From IMG/VR virus record IMGVR_UViG_2537562057_000004: a DNA stretch of 64,000 nucleotides, one strand, 5' to 3'. Both the position numbers and the translations under genes were made by a program. Positions 19,684 through 30,279 of the stretch are shown here, in pieces. This DNA comes from a virus. The notes under the pieces were generated by a model that did not search any database, was not told the origin of the DNA, and was given only the letters and a program-made list of their open reading frames with translations. The stretch's first letter is position 1. Each line of letters begins with the position of its first letter.

Positions 19684-22600
19684 TCAAGCAGCTAGATTAA
19701 TATTGTTCTCTTGCTCAAATTCATCAATCTTCTTAATGATTTCAGCAGACTTGTTATATGGCATAACAATCTCATCAAACTCATTTACTTCTGAACCCCA
19801 GAATTTAAGCATGATATTCTTGATCTGAGGTTTATCAACGCCATCGCCATTGAAAACGTACTTGCTACGTTCAGTTCTAACATAAAGTTCATACTTAGCA
19901 AGCTGCTCGTCAATGCGTAGTTTTCTAGGAGGCATTGCGATATCCCGAATTTCTGAAAATAGATCCTCTACACTTGTAAGGTGCGTAAAGTCTAATTCTC
20001 GTGTTTTTGGAACATCATTAGAGCCTGCATGTTTTTCAATAATGATGATACGAGTTGAAACGGCGGTACCAGCATTTTTAAAGGTCGATTGAGGCAACCA
20101 GATTTCAGCTGTCAGAATTGCACCAGGTGTACTATCAATAAATTCGTCCACTTTAGAATCCATCGAACCACGTGGTACCAAGGCCACAATCCGACCACCA
20201 TCATAAAGATGACCAAAAGCCTTCTTGATATGTTGAATTGCCAAAGTGCCAGCATGACCAAATGGCGGATTCATCACAATCGCATGGTACTTATTTAATG
20301 ATTCTAAAGATTCGAATGTATCAACAATTACTTTAGCACCTGTATTTGCCATTTGAGCACGACTAGCTAAAGACTCAGTCGGTTCAATCATTGTCAACTC
20401 TACATCCTGCGGAACAAAACGACCAATAGCTCCATCACCAGCACTAGGCTCAAGCACAGAATCGCCAGTGTGTACCCCTGCCCATTCAATCATTTTGAAT
20501 CCTAGAGGTTCAGGCGTTGCATACCATTCCTTACCTTCGCGGTTATCACGACTTTCAGAACGTTTGCCTTTGGCATAGTAGAATGTTAGTGCTTGATCAA
20601 ATGGGGTTAACTTAGCAATACGGGCATTTTCTTCATCATATGCTTTACCGCCTATACCATCATTTAGACTTGGCTCTTCATATTTAGCTTCTTCATAAGC
20701 CTGAATTAACGCTTCTTTGATACTTACTACAGCATCAGCACCTTTTGCAAAGTTATCTACTGTTTCTGCGCGTCCAGCAATCGTGTCTGCAAATGCAGCC
20801 CGTTCCCATGCAGTACCAGTAGTCAAGTATCTCTGAATAGCATTTGATGCTTGTCCCGTTCGATAGATACGCCCTTCCGTCTGTCTCAACTTGGCTGGCT
20901 TTGTTGGTTGACCAATATTAATGAGTACTCGCTGGTGTTTACCAGTTGTATCATGCAAGCTAATCCCAGTAGAACCAGCATCTGACTGCAGAATGAGAAT
21001 ATCGTGCCCGCTATCATCAGTATTAAATAACGCTACATTAGTTTCACGTTGTTGCTTTGAAAGACGGCCATTAAATAAAAGAGCATTAGGAAATGCATTC
21101 TTTAAAGTTTCAACAGGTGAATCATAATCAAGATTGAGATTTACTAGATCCGGTCTATTTTCTTTGAATGCATTATATTCAAGCTCAATATCTTCTCTAA
21201 GTGGGCTTTCATATTTTTCGATATCAAGCTTACTAATCAAGAAAGGTGCAAAACCACCGCCCTCGTTATAGTCATGAAAAATTACTACTTTACGACCTAA
21301 TGCTAAGTGCTTTTTCACCATATCAACACAAGCTTCAGCTTTAATAGCTTCTAACAAACGGCGTCTTGCTAAGTAATCAAAGCGTTTTGCAATAATTTCG
21401 TATATTTTTTTAAATCGGTTGCCAGTAAATAGCCGATCATATTCTTGCATAGATGCATGACGTCCCCAGCCTGTTGTTGGTTTACCAGTCTGAGCAGCCC
21501 ATTCTTCAAAAGTTCGTGTTTTGTGCCCTTCTATTTCTTTATAACCATTGCGAAGATAAGTTAAACCTTCATCAATAAGTTCACCAACACGAGAGCCAAT
21601 TAGAATGAATTTACGATCGTAGTCAAAATTTACTTCTAAATCCCGCCCAGACATAGCACCAGTGTTTTTAAGATTTTCAGCGAACTGTCTTTCAAGTACT
21701 CCTGTATCTACCTTAGCTTCAGGTCGGGTCAACTTACCATATCGCTTTCGATATCCAAGATTTCCTATATAGAAGTGTTCTCGAGCCTTACTAAAGCCTT
21801 CAGCTAAATTACCTTGGTCATCAACTGATACTGAAGGAGACATATAATCAAATAAATAGCCTTCCGCCCAGTCAAGTGAAAAGTGATAACTAAATGGTGT
21901 AGCAGATAAGAAAACAACTTTGACCTTACTTTTCTGGTGTTTCCAATTCAAATTCCAGATCTTTCGTTGTTCATTTCGAAGGATCTGCATTTTGTTATAA
22001 GCACTTAGGTATTGTTCTGTTTCTTTGCCATCTTCATCGAGCTCTTCAATTGGCATCTGATCAGCAAATTTATCTTCAAACCATTCACTAAAACCATGCA
22101 AATGCCCGGTTAATGCTCTTAGTTTGTTTAATGCTGCAGTTGCTTTACCATCGGTTGATTGCGATAGAGTATGTGCCTCATCAATTAATATCAGGTCCCA
22201 ATGTTTGTGAACTAAACTTTTATTTTGTCCAAAATTAGCAAAGGTTGTGACCACGACTGTGTGTTCATCACCGCCGTTATCTTTAATACTTTTTAATTTG
22301 TAAGCTTTGATATTCAACGGACTTGAGCTTTTTACAAAGTCATTTGCAATCTTATCATTCAAAGTAACAATCAAAATATTCTTGAGACCAGCATTAATAA
22401 AACGCTTTGCCACTCCAAGCCCAGTAAAGGTTTTACCTGTACCAGTGCCGTTAGTAAAAAGAATACCCTTCTTATTTTCCTCAATTAACCGCTTTTCAGT
22501 TTTTAAAACATCACCACGTTGTGCCGGTTGCAGATATGGCAAAGCTGCGTCAATATTTGAAGCATCGCTCCAAATTGTTTCTACATTATCTGCTTTTAAT

Positions 22601-23514
22601 TGAGCTTCTAGCTTTTCATCTATGGCAGCTCTAACTGATTTAGCAGATTGTACAATTGATCGATCTCTTGCTCGTTTAAGAGATGATCTCTTACCAGATA
22701 GTTCACTGCTTCCGCTGCTGTTAATCCGGTTAGCACTGGTTCCACTATCTCCATCTGAAGATTCATTTCTTGGATTTCGGCCGCCAAGTAAACTTGCATC
22801 ATCACTTTTTGATAAGCCAGTACTACTGTTTCTGATATCCCCAGTTTCTCCATCATTTCTGATTGCTTCTGCAGTCTCGAGTTCATCTTTTCCTGATCCA
22901 TTTGCAGGAACATTTGGTCCTCTGGATCTGAAACGAAATTCGCCAACTGATTCCACATCTGAATTGGTATTTGATACATAGGAGAATAACCCTTTTACAA
23001 GTTGCTGATCTTCGGAAAGAAGTGAGTCTGGAATAGCTTTAAGATGTTTTGAACGTACTAAAATTTCACCCTGAGAATAAAAGGCATAAGGGTCATATTC
23101 TTTAGCTTTGGTTAATTTGATGCCTTTTAGGCCAATAACCTGTAGTGTTTTATTCTTTTTAGTTGTGTATGGCTTCAACTCTTTTTCACATGCAAAAAGG
23201 GAGACAATAATCTCCAGCTGCTCAATAACATTTCTCGAACCGTTATTTAGGTGTTCAATAACTGATTCATCAATGTTTTTGATAGCTTCCGCATATAAGA
23301 CTTCAACTACTTCATCCAATTTTGGAAAGTCACTTTCTTGACGTGCAAAGGATAATGCTTGCTTCGCTACAGACAAGTTAAGTTCTATTTGCTTATGGAT
23401 GATAAGAAGGAAAAACCGAGCAATATTGCTCTGAAAATGCATGAAATCAATCATGTAATAAATCGCAACCAATACAGTGTCTTTAGTTATTGGTTTGAGC
23501 TTAAAGTTGGACAT
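19684..23514 (-). CDS. DarB-like polyvalent protein: SF2 (strawberry-notch-like) helicase plus C-terminal N6-adenine methyltransferase
   Basis: GTGTGKTFTG, IDEAH, FLSATPF, QTEGRIYRTG; VLEPSAGDG and VMNPPFG. Confidence 0.8.
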   Translation of the reverse strand: MSNFKLKPITKDTVLVAIYYMIDFMHFQSNIARFFLLIIHKQIELNLSVAKQALSFARQESDFPKLDEVVEVLYAEAIKNIDESVIEHLNNGSRNVIEQLEIIVSLFACEKELKPYTTKKNKTLQVIGLKGIKLTKAKEYDPYAFYSQGEILVRSKHLKAIPDSLLSEDQQLVKGLFSYVSNTNSDVESVGEFRFRSRGPNVPANGSGKDELETAEAIRNDGETGDIRNSSTGLSKSDDASLLGGRNPRNESSDGDSGTSANRINSSGSSELSGKRSSLKRARDRSIVQSAKSVRAAIDEKLEAQLKADNVETIWSDASNIDAALPYLQPAQRGDVLKTEKRLIEENKKGILFTNGTGTGKTFTGLGVAKRFINAGLKNILIVTLNDKIANDFVKSSSPLNIKAYKLKSIKDNGGDEHTVVVTTFANFGQNKSLVHKHWDLILIDEAHTLSQSTDGKATAALNKLRALTGHLHGFSEWFEDKFADQMPIEELDEDGKETEQYLSAYNKMQILRNEQRKIWNLNWKHQKSKVKVVFLSATPFSYHFSLDWAEGYLFDYMSPSVSVDDQGNLAEGFSKAREHFYIGNLGYRKRYGKLTRPEAKVDTGVLERQFAENLKNTGAMSGRDLEVNFDYDRKFILIGSRVGELIDEGLTYLRNGYKEIEGHKTRTFEEWAAQTGKPTTGWGRHASMQEYDRLFTGNRFKKIYEIIAKRFDYLARRRLLEAIKAEACVDMVKKHLALGRKVVIFHDYNEGGGFAPFLISKLDIEKYESPLREDIELEYNAFKENRPDLVNLNLDYDSPVETLKNAFPNALLFNGRLSKQQRETNVALFNTDDSGHDILILQSDAGSTGISLHDTTGKHQRVLINIGQPTKPAKLRQTEGRIYRTGQASNAIQRYLTTGTAWERAAFADTIAGRAETVDNFAKGADAVVSIKEALIQAYEEAKYEEPSLNDGIGGKAYDEENARIAKLTPFDQALTFYYAKGKRSESRDNREGKEWYATPEPLGFKMIEWAGVHTGDSVLEPSAGDGAIGRFVPQDVELTMIEPTESLASRAQMANTGAKVIVDTFESLESLNKYHAIVMNPPFGHAGTLAIQHIKKAFGHLYDGGRIVALVPRGSMDSKVDEFIDSTPGAILTAEIWLPQSTFKNAGTAVSTRIIIIEKHAGSNDVPKTRELDFTHLTSVEDLFSEIRDIAMPPRKLRIDEQLAKYELYVRTERSKYVFNGDGVDKPQIKNIMLKFWGSEVNEFDEIVMPYNKSAEIIKKIDEFEQENNINLAA
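22620..22979 (-). CDS. Putative overprinted gene nested in +1 frame of the helicase-methylase
   Basis: 119-aa helical ORF MYQIPIQMWNQLA with AAGGGG RBS 10 nt upstream; host frame here is disordered. Confidence 0.55.
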   Translation of the reverse strand: MYQIPIQMWNQLANFVSDPEDQMFLQMDQEKMNSRLQKQSEMMEKLGISETVVLAYQKVMMQVYLAAEIQEMNLQMEIVEPVLTGLTAAEAVNYLVRDHLLNEQEIDQLYNLLNQLELP

Positions 23515-23545
23515 ATATCCCTCAACATAGGAACTTAATATTCCT

Positions 23546-23586
23546 ATGTTGAATGATCGTAAGTATCTAATTTTTAGTAGGTTCCA
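23546..23586 (-). promoter_or_regulatory. Putative late promoter
   Basis: TGGAAC-N29-CAACAT with TCAACATAGGAA/TTCCTATGTTGA hairpin. Confidence 0.65.
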
Positions 23587-23590
23587 AACT

Positions 23591-25705
23591 TTAATTTGTT
23601 AAGTCTTCATGTAAGATATCAATAGGGTTAAACAAATGATCAATATCTTCAAAAGGACTATTAGAAATAGAATTATTTGAAGGAATTTGGTTTAAAATTG
23701 AGTCAAATTCACTCCACGTATGATTTAAAGATTCTTTGAATCCTTCCATTGTCATTTGTTTAATACCTGCAAAACCAGTCCAATTTTCTTCATAATTAGC
23801 TAGATAAATATTTTTTGCATCTTCTAAATTTTCAGCACCTATAATAATTTTATGTTCATCAAAAGTACCATCTTTATTCCGCTGACGAATGATATATACA
23901 GTTTCAGGGTTATGCTCTAAACCATTTTTAATAAATACATCTAATTCATCACCATCTGCACCCGTAGTATCCTCAATATATCCATAATGGTGTTTCATCT
24001 GAACTTGCCACAAATTACCCTCCTGGTCTTTGCCACTTCTTATCGAACCAGCGGGGTTTTCAATTGCAATTCTTAAACCAGCAATATCAAGATTACCCTT
24101 TTGATAATCCCCTGAAACTTTTTGTTCTTCAGTAGGTTCAGATAAGAAATTAAATGGAGATGTTGCAGCATTATGGGCTTGTTTATCTATTTCTGATTTA
24201 AGAAATACATCTTTTAAATTACTATCGATATTGAACACTACTGTTCTGTCAGAACCTGAAGCCAAATCCACACTTATCTTTAAAGCATTGTGGAAACGTT
24301 CGGCCCCCTCTCTGGTTAATCGAATTATTTTAGATCTACATGAGCTACTGGACTCAATCAAAGAATCGTACATTTGCAAACTAATGAAATCATCACCAAG
24401 CACTTGTTGTGCATATTGGATAGCATCTTTAACACTTACTGGTTCAGGCTCACCAAACAAGCCTACATTACTACTATCTAAAGCCTGTTTCTCTGCAAAT
24501 TCAGCTAATGCTTTAAATAACATACTCATTTTTTTTGAACTGCGGCTATTCTTGGCGAGAAATACGGCGAGCTCAGCAACACCTTCTCCTAGATCCTCAA
24601 AAAGCCCTTGCTGCTTTACAAACTCAACAATATCTTGATCATTTTGCTTTGCAGATAAAATTGTATTTGCTGCATCAATAATTGCATTAGCAACACGTTG
24701 ATCAATGGCTTGCTCCATTCCATCAACGATTTGATCTGATATATCTTGAACATTTCCACGACTTATGGTTTGCGCTTCAATAAATTTAGGGGCAGCAACA
24801 CCAAGCGCATTAAGCATATTTTGAAGATCTGGTTTTGTATGATCAGCCATCATTTCTAGCAAACGATCATCATTGTACGCTTTACTAAAAATTGCGGCCT
24901 TGATTCTGTTTATCAGTGCTTGTGTTGGTTTTTTATCTTTCGTTGTGTACTGGGCAGCTTCTGTATCACCTAATTTACTTAAAAAACCTTGAATAAACTT
25001 TTGATTACTTACTGCTAATAAATCGCCATCTTCACTCGGATTAAAAAGTGCCAGTAAATTCTCATCTAAACGTTTAGCATCAGCTTTAGCACGTTCAGTT
25101 GCTGTAAAAGACAACTTATCATCTTGGTTAGCATCTATGGCAAATTGAGCTCTATCAATCTCAGTTGTACGAATACGTATCAAGATTGGTTGAGCTATTG
25201 CTTGGACCTGCTCACTGCTAAAGCCAAAGTAATCAGCTTCATCAATCAACCATTGTTTATACTCATCTGCGGTACCGCGCTCATAGGCAAGCTTGATTGC
25301 CATTGTTCGGCCATTTCCTGATTCAACAACTAAATCATCACCAGTTATCGGTGCTCCCGTGTCTGCCCGACCTGAGCGGCCTAGGCTTTCGGGGTCTAAA
25401 TCATTAGCAGTTTTCTGTACCCATGCTTGTGAGGATTCACGACTACGATCTCGTGGCTGCAATTCTTGCGGATAATTAGGGTTTTCCGCACCAGTTGCTG
25501 TATGAGATGCAATTACTTGATTAATATCAACTAAAGCGAATACAGTAGAAATCTTTTGTCCTTTGGCTGTTTTCACATTATTAGTTCTACCCTTCAATAG
25601 CCCAGTAAAGGGCTGTTTAGGTTTAAAGAAACTAATCATTTGATCAATTACAACTAATGGATTTTTAGCAATATCTTGAATAGAAATTAGATTTAAAGTT
25701 GTCAT
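23591..25705 (-). CDS. DdrB-like ParB domain protein with C-terminal inorganic pyrophosphatase-like domain
   Basis: NPNYPQELQPRDR, GAPI..VVESGNGRTMA; GDYQKG..IENPAGSIRSG..HYGYIEDTTGADGDELDVF..FDEHK. Confidence 0.75.
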   Translation of the reverse strand: MTTLNLISIQDIAKNPLVVIDQMISFFKPKQPFTGLLKGRTNNVKTAKGQKISTVFALVDINQVIASHTATGAENPNYPQELQPRDRSRESSQAWVQKTANDLDPESLGRSGRADTGAPITGDDLVVESGNGRTMAIKLAYERGTADEYKQWLIDEADYFGFSSEQVQAIAQPILIRIRTTEIDRAQFAIDANQDDKLSFTATERAKADAKRLDENLLALFNPSEDGDLLAVSNQKFIQGFLSKLGDTEAAQYTTKDKKPTQALINRIKAAIFSKAYNDDRLLEMMADHTKPDLQNMLNALGVAAPKFIEAQTISRGNVQDISDQIVDGMEQAIDQRVANAIIDAANTILSAKQNDQDIVEFVKQQGLFEDLGEGVAELAVFLAKNSRSSKKMSMLFKALAEFAEKQALDSSNVGLFGEPEPVSVKDAIQYAQQVLGDDFISLQMYDSLIESSSSCRSKIIRLTREGAERFHNALKISVDLASGSDRTVVFNIDSNLKDVFLKSEIDKQAHNAATSPFNFLSEPTEEQKVSGDYQKGNLDIAGLRIAIENPAGSIRSGKDQEGNLWQVQMKHHYGYIEDTTGADGDELDVFIKNGLEHNPETVYIIRQRNKDGTFDEHKIIIGAENLEDAKNIYLANYEENWTGFAGIKQMTMEGFKESLNHTWSEFDSILNQIPSNNSISNSPFEDIDHLFNPIDILHEDLTN

Positions 25706-27657
25706 TAGATATTCTCCGCTTCCATTTTTTGCACTTGATTCAAGAGTTCTGTCACCGCTGGAATAAGAAGTGGATCATTTAAGTCTTTTTCTGCTTCATC
25801 TCGAATTTGCTCTAATAACTCAAGATTAACTTTAACCTGCCCTTCAATTACTGAACGGTAAAGTTGATTACCTTCATCATTTGTCGTACTAGGCTGAAGA
25901 TCTTCAACTTCTGTCGGAGCATTTAGTTCTTTAGATTCATCATTATCTGAATTTTGGGCTGGCTCTTTATTACTGAGGCGATCCGCTAAATGTTCATCTG
26001 CCCATGCTCTTGAATATTCATAAAATGCTGTTAAATATTCTGGTGAACCTTCGGCCCCATTCCAGTTTTTTAAGAATTCACCACGGCGATCTGAAACCCA
26101 AGCCATAAAGTCTATGTTGTTAGAATCTTCAGGATTTTCCAAAGTGTCTAACCAAGCTTGCATCATTTTGTTTTCAGCTATACCAGCTGCACGTGCTGCT
26201 AAAACTTCTTCATCTCTTTTTTGTTTAGCTTCATTTTCGGCATCAATAAGTTTTTTTGCTTCTAATTCTGCTTGCTGTTGAGCCAAAGCCTGATCATCTA
26301 GTTCAGAAATCCATTCACGTGCCCAAACTACCGCATCAGAGTCCCCCTCTAGAGCCTTATTGATACGTTCAAAGAATGCTTGGTAACGTAAACCATCTTC
26401 ACCTGCCCATTCAGGATCAGCATTTAAACGCTTTAAATCGGCTTTTAAACGTTCGGCTTCTTCATCAGAAATACTATCTGGTAACTCATTATCGAGACTA
26501 TTCTCTTTAATGATTCCTTCATTTTCCTCAGATTGCTTGGTTAACAATGTATTTTGCAACTGATCCAATTCGTTTAATAAATTGGAAATTTCTGCACTTA
26601 AAGAATTTAATTGACTTTGTTTTTGCTCAAAGCGTAGTTCTGCATCTGCTAAAGCCTTGGCCTTTTCTGCTTTTTTAGATTGTAACCGCTTAAAACGATT
26701 ACTATTTTGGTTAATCAACTTCATAATTCGACCAGCGAGAACTGGAATTGAAATTCCTTCTCCCTGATTAGGCTGGATTGCAGCAGTTATATCCCGATTG
26801 TTCATTAAAATCTTCCATGAAATTAATGAATCTGCTGGACTAATTTTTTTTGATAATCGATCTGGCTTATGAAAAAGGATTGTGAAGTTTTGACCATCAT
26901 CAAAATCATAAGTAAGCGCAATTTGAAGTACTTTTTTATGCTTAAAGGGCTTACTTTCAGTAACATTAACGACTTTGACACCTGTTTTAGAAAACTGGTC
27001 CATAGAGTGGTGTAAGATTGCAGAGAGCTGCTCTAAATGCTGGTAATCAACAATAATAGAGTCATAATGAGCTTCTTCTACTTCTAGACTAGATAATAAT
27101 GTAGACAACCCATCAAATTTACTTAACAGTTCGCTGTGATCATCATTACGCTGCATATCTAATAACAACTTAGAAGTATCACCCTCATGAGAAATTAAAT
27201 TGATTCCATCCCATTCTGGTTTTTCTGCGGCCACTACACTTTGTAATTGTTCTAATTGCCATCTTTGAATCGGTTTTGAACCCGTCAAATTAAATTGTTG
27301 TGATGATAAATGGCGCTTAAGTCCAAATTGATTTGTTTCAATAACATCTGTAACACTAGCATCAAACATTCGGCCAAATTGCAGTATCGCTAAATCAGCT
27401 GCATGCTGGTCATCGATAGCGCCTAATACCGCAACAGAATCAAACGCATCTATCCCACCCTTTTTACCTTTTAAATTTACAACACGCCAGAAATCATTTT
27501 CCGTGTAATCTTCAGTGACTAAAGCATTAATTTGACGGTAATCACCCTTAATAAACCCAATTGAACAAGCACCACTATTCACCATGGAGTCAAAACCATG
27601 TACTAATCGGCTTTGATGTGGTGCGTGTGTTTGAAAGAAAATTGATTTAACACTCAC
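25705..27657 (-). CDS. darA: DarA-like defence-against-restriction head protein
   Basis: FDDGQNFTILFHKPD..ISPADSLISWKILMNNRDITAAIQP..LAGRIMKLINQNSNRF then coiled coil, as recalled for DarA_N. Confidence 0.7.
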   Translation of the reverse strand: MSVKSIFFQTHAPHQSRLVHGFDSMVNSGACSIGFIKGDYRQINALVTEDYTENDFWRVVNLKGKKGGIDAFDSVAVLGAIDDQHAADLAILQFGRMFDASVTDVIETNQFGLKRHLSSQQFNLTGSKPIQRWQLEQLQSVVAAEKPEWDGINLISHEGDTSKLLLDMQRNDDHSELLSKFDGLSTLLSSLEVEEAHYDSIIVDYQHLEQLSAILHHSMDQFSKTGVKVVNVTESKPFKHKKVLQIALTYDFDDGQNFTILFHKPDRLSKKISPADSLISWKILMNNRDITAAIQPNQGEGISIPVLAGRIMKLINQNSNRFKRLQSKKAEKAKALADAELRFEQKQSQLNSLSAEISNLLNELDQLQNTLLTKQSEENEGIIKENSLDNELPDSISDEEAERLKADLKRLNADPEWAGEDGLRYQAFFERINKALEGDSDAVVWAREWISELDDQALAQQQAELEAKKLIDAENEAKQKRDEEVLAARAAGIAENKMMQAWLDTLENPEDSNNIDFMAWVSDRRGEFLKNWNGAEGSPEYLTAFYEYSRAWADEHLADRLSNKEPAQNSDNDESKELNAPTEVEDLQPSTTNDEGNQLYRSVIEGQVKVNLELLEQIRDEAEKDLNDPLLIPAVTELLNQVQKMEAENI

Positions 27658-27685
27658 GGAGTTATCCTCATTTTAATTTGAGGAT

Positions 27686-27726
27686 ATTTTCTCAAGTAGG
27701 TGAATCTATAAAGGCAATGAGTTCCA
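27686..27726 (-). promoter_or_regulatory. Putative late promoter
   Basis: TGGAAC-N29-GAAAAT with ATCCTCA/TGAGGAT hairpin. Confidence 0.7.
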
Positions 27727-27730
27727 TAGC

Positions 27731-28384
27731 TTATTTTAAGTTGGGAAACATTTTGATGAAATTTAAAGTAACAATGGCATGTGCTTTATTAGAGGCATCA
27801 AGGGGCAAATTGCCTGCTTGAAGTGAAACTAGATGCTCAATTTCAAATTGGTTTTGATTTCTTGCAGCTTTATCAAAAGCATATATTTTTAATCTCATTA
27901 AGTATTCAATTGGTGGCGGCTGAGTACCATCCTTATTAAACATTATTTCTTTTATAGCTTTAGCACTATTCGCAATAGCTGCTTCTTTAGTCTCAATAAA
28001 TGAAATGCTCAACTCATTTGAAGCATTACCAGTTACATGGTTGAGTTGAAAATGCCCCACATGCACTGCATCGGTTTGGGCATCTAGTAGTGATACATCT
28101 ACATTATTGGCTAACCAAGCAACTTTGTTTGAAGGATCAAAAATTGGAATATTTGCTTGAGCAATTTTACTGTTTGCACGGTACGGGCGAATTTCAATTC
28201 CAAAATGTGCAGCTGAAAGTGTTCCTAATGCGTAAAGTTCCTGATAATGGGAAACAGCTCGATCCACTGTTAGACCAGACCATAAGACAGGATTTTTAGC
28301 AAAACGATCTTTAAACGGATTTAAAACGTTTCCAAAACTGTTATTTATAGTTTTATTCTGTGTTTCGTATTCAAAAAAAGCCAT
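27731..28384 (-). CDS. Tail-tube-like baseplate protein
   Basis: ORF coupled to portal; beta-rich tube-like pattern. Confidence 0.45.
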   Translation of the reverse strand: MAFFEYETQNKTINNSFGNVLNPFKDRFAKNPVLWSGLTVDRAVSHYQELYALGTLSAAHFGIEIRPYRANSKIAQANIPIFDPSNKVAWLANNVDVSLLDAQTDAVHVGHFQLNHVTGNASNELSISFIETKEAAIANSAKAIKEIMFNKDGTQPPPIEYLMRLKIYAFDKAARNQNQFEIEHLVSLQAGNLPLDASNKAHAIVTLNFIKMFPNLK

Positions 28385-29919
28385 TATTCTTCATCCTCTG
28401 GAAATTTACGGCTCTTAGCAATACTTTCAGCTAATGTTAATGCTTCCTCATATTTCATACCTGTATCGCGCTCAAGAATGTACGCCATAATATCTACATC
28501 TAAATTTGATTCTTTCAATGATGCGATTACTTGTGTTTTAAGTAATGTTGTATTCATTCTTGATTGAGCATTGTTGATTTCTTCCGTAGCTGCTGCAGTT
28601 TGGTTTGAATAATATTCAACTTGCCAAGGGTAATCTTCAGGCTCAAATTGTTCGTTATAAGCAAAACCCCAATCCAAGTGAAGAATTTGATTAATCCCTT
28701 CGGAAGCTGCTGTTCGAATATCTTGTGACCTACGCATGATTTGTGCAGAAGTATGGAATGCTCCACCTTCTCCAATACCACCAGTTAACATGTCAGCCCA
28801 CCCAACCATACTTGGGTCTAGACCTATACCGCCCATTAACAAACGGACATTAATCATGAACTGTTCAATATTGATAGGTGAGCTTCGTTGATTCTTGATA
28901 TCACCCACTGGATTTAGAACTTGTTTTTCATCAAATACTGGAAGCATGTGAAAAGCAGTATTCCAGACTGCTTCACCACCTGATAAAGCATCACGGACAT
29001 AAGCCTCATGATTTTTAAGTAAACCTTCTAAACCACGGATATAGGCTTGACGTTGTGCTGGCGGCATTCCTGACATATTTACTGTCAAGAACATCTGATT
29101 TACGGTATCTGCAATTTGCTGGCTATTCATAGATGCCAAAGCGAGGATTACATCATCATAAATATCTTCAATCTCATAAAGAAATGAGCCGCCTAAATGC
29201 GCTGGTAAGATTGGTAGCTCATCTGGATCATCACCCTCCAACATTTTCGTGACAAGACCAGTTTCAACAAGCTCATATTGAGCAATATTGCTCATACGGG
29301 GCATTTTGAAACGTACCATTTGAATAGTATTCAGTTTGGTAATAGTTTTTTGCCAATTACGAGGATCTAAACAAAAAAAGGCGACAGTCTTACTGCCTTG
29401 TTCGAAAGGTTGTATTAATGGTGGATAAGTATACTCATTACATACGAGGTCAATTACACCTTTATCTTTTTTCCCGTAAATACGTGCATAAGAATCACCA
29501 AATGAAATTGCATCTCGGGCTAGCTTGCTTAAATACTTATTGATCAGCTTTTCCATCTTTACACGGCGCTCATCTAGTTGTTTTTTTAGTTTTTCAGCTG
29601 CTGGTCCATTCGCCTTTTTTAACCGTTCTGCGGGCGTAATAAAGACTTGTTGGCCGCTATAAGAATCGCCGCCTAAGGCTGCAGAAACATGAATCCCCAT
29701 ACCCTCTGCGATAGGTGCAAAGCGTAACATTCTCTCCCATTTAGTAAGAATTTCTTTCCGAGTACGCTTCTTATTGGCTTTGGTTTGGTTAGTCCCAAGT
29801 GAAAACGGAGCCATAGTTTCATATAGCTGTGCTGTTGCATCCTGATTAGACGTATCGAATTGCTGATCATATGAATTAACATTTTCACCGAGTAATAACG
29901 ATAAGAACCGAGAAGACAT
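28384..29919 (-). CDS. Portal protein (P1 Prt-like)
   Basis: MLRFAPIAEGMGIHVSAALG, GGSFLYEI, GLDPSMVGWADMLTGGIGEGG; 511 aa. Confidence 0.75.
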   Translation of the reverse strand: MSSRFLSLLLGENVNSYDQQFDTSNQDATAQLYETMAPFSLGTNQTKANKKRTRKEILTKWERMLRFAPIAEGMGIHVSAALGGDSYSGQQVFITPAERLKKANGPAAEKLKKQLDERRVKMEKLINKYLSKLARDAISFGDSYARIYGKKDKGVIDLVCNEYTYPPLIQPFEQGSKTVAFFCLDPRNWQKTITKLNTIQMVRFKMPRMSNIAQYELVETGLVTKMLEGDDPDELPILPAHLGGSFLYEIEDIYDDVILALASMNSQQIADTVNQMFLTVNMSGMPPAQRQAYIRGLEGLLKNHEAYVRDALSGGEAVWNTAFHMLPVFDEKQVLNPVGDIKNQRSSPINIEQFMINVRLLMGGIGLDPSMVGWADMLTGGIGEGGAFHTSAQIMRRSQDIRTAASEGINQILHLDWGFAYNEQFEPEDYPWQVEYYSNQTAAATEEINNAQSRMNTTLLKTQVIASLKESNLDVDIMAYILERDTGMKYEEALTLAESIAKSRKFPEDEE

Positions 29920-29949
29920 AACGAAGCCAAAATACCTAAATAATTATGT

Positions 29950-29990
29950 ATTTTGAAGGCTGCTATTTTTTTACTTTTAGATGGGTTCCA
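29950..29990 (-). promoter_or_regulatory. Putative late promoter (portal)
   Basis: TGGAAC-N29-CAAAAT. Confidence 0.65.
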
Positions 29991-29998
29991 AAGTGAAT

Positions 29999-30039
29999 TG
30001 GAACCAAACAGATTTAATAAATATCCAGCATGCAATTCT
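29999..30039 (+). promoter_or_regulatory. Putative late promoter, divergent
   Basis: TGGAAC-N29-AATTCT with TCTGAACA/TGTTCAGA hairpin. Confidence 0.6.
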
Positions 30040-30078
30040 ATCTGAACAAACTTATTTTACTGTTCAGAGGATTCGCTC

Positions 30079-30273
30079 ATGGCTGATGTAAAAGTCTTCA
30101 CTGATTTAGATATTGAATTAGCTCAAAAGACAAAAGATATTGTAAATAGTCAACGATATAATAATCGTCCTGCTTTCAAAACATTAAACCTAGGCTGGGA
30201 TTTGGAGACTGGTTCCGTTGCGGTTAATTACACATTAGTAGAAGAAGTTCCTGTAACTGAGCAACCAGCTTAA
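30079..30273 (+). CDS. Small late phage protein
   Basis: GAGG RBS, late promoter motif, terminator after. Confidence 0.65.
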   Translation: MADVKVFTDLDIELAQKTKDIVNSQRYNNRPAFKTLNLGWDLETGSVAVNYTLVEEVPVTEQPA

Positions 30274-30279
30274 ATTTTA

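Noticed and set aside
22622..22981. Plus-strand 119-aa ORF over the nested gene
   Set aside because: Antisense shadow of the host frame with low-complexity composition and no clear RBS
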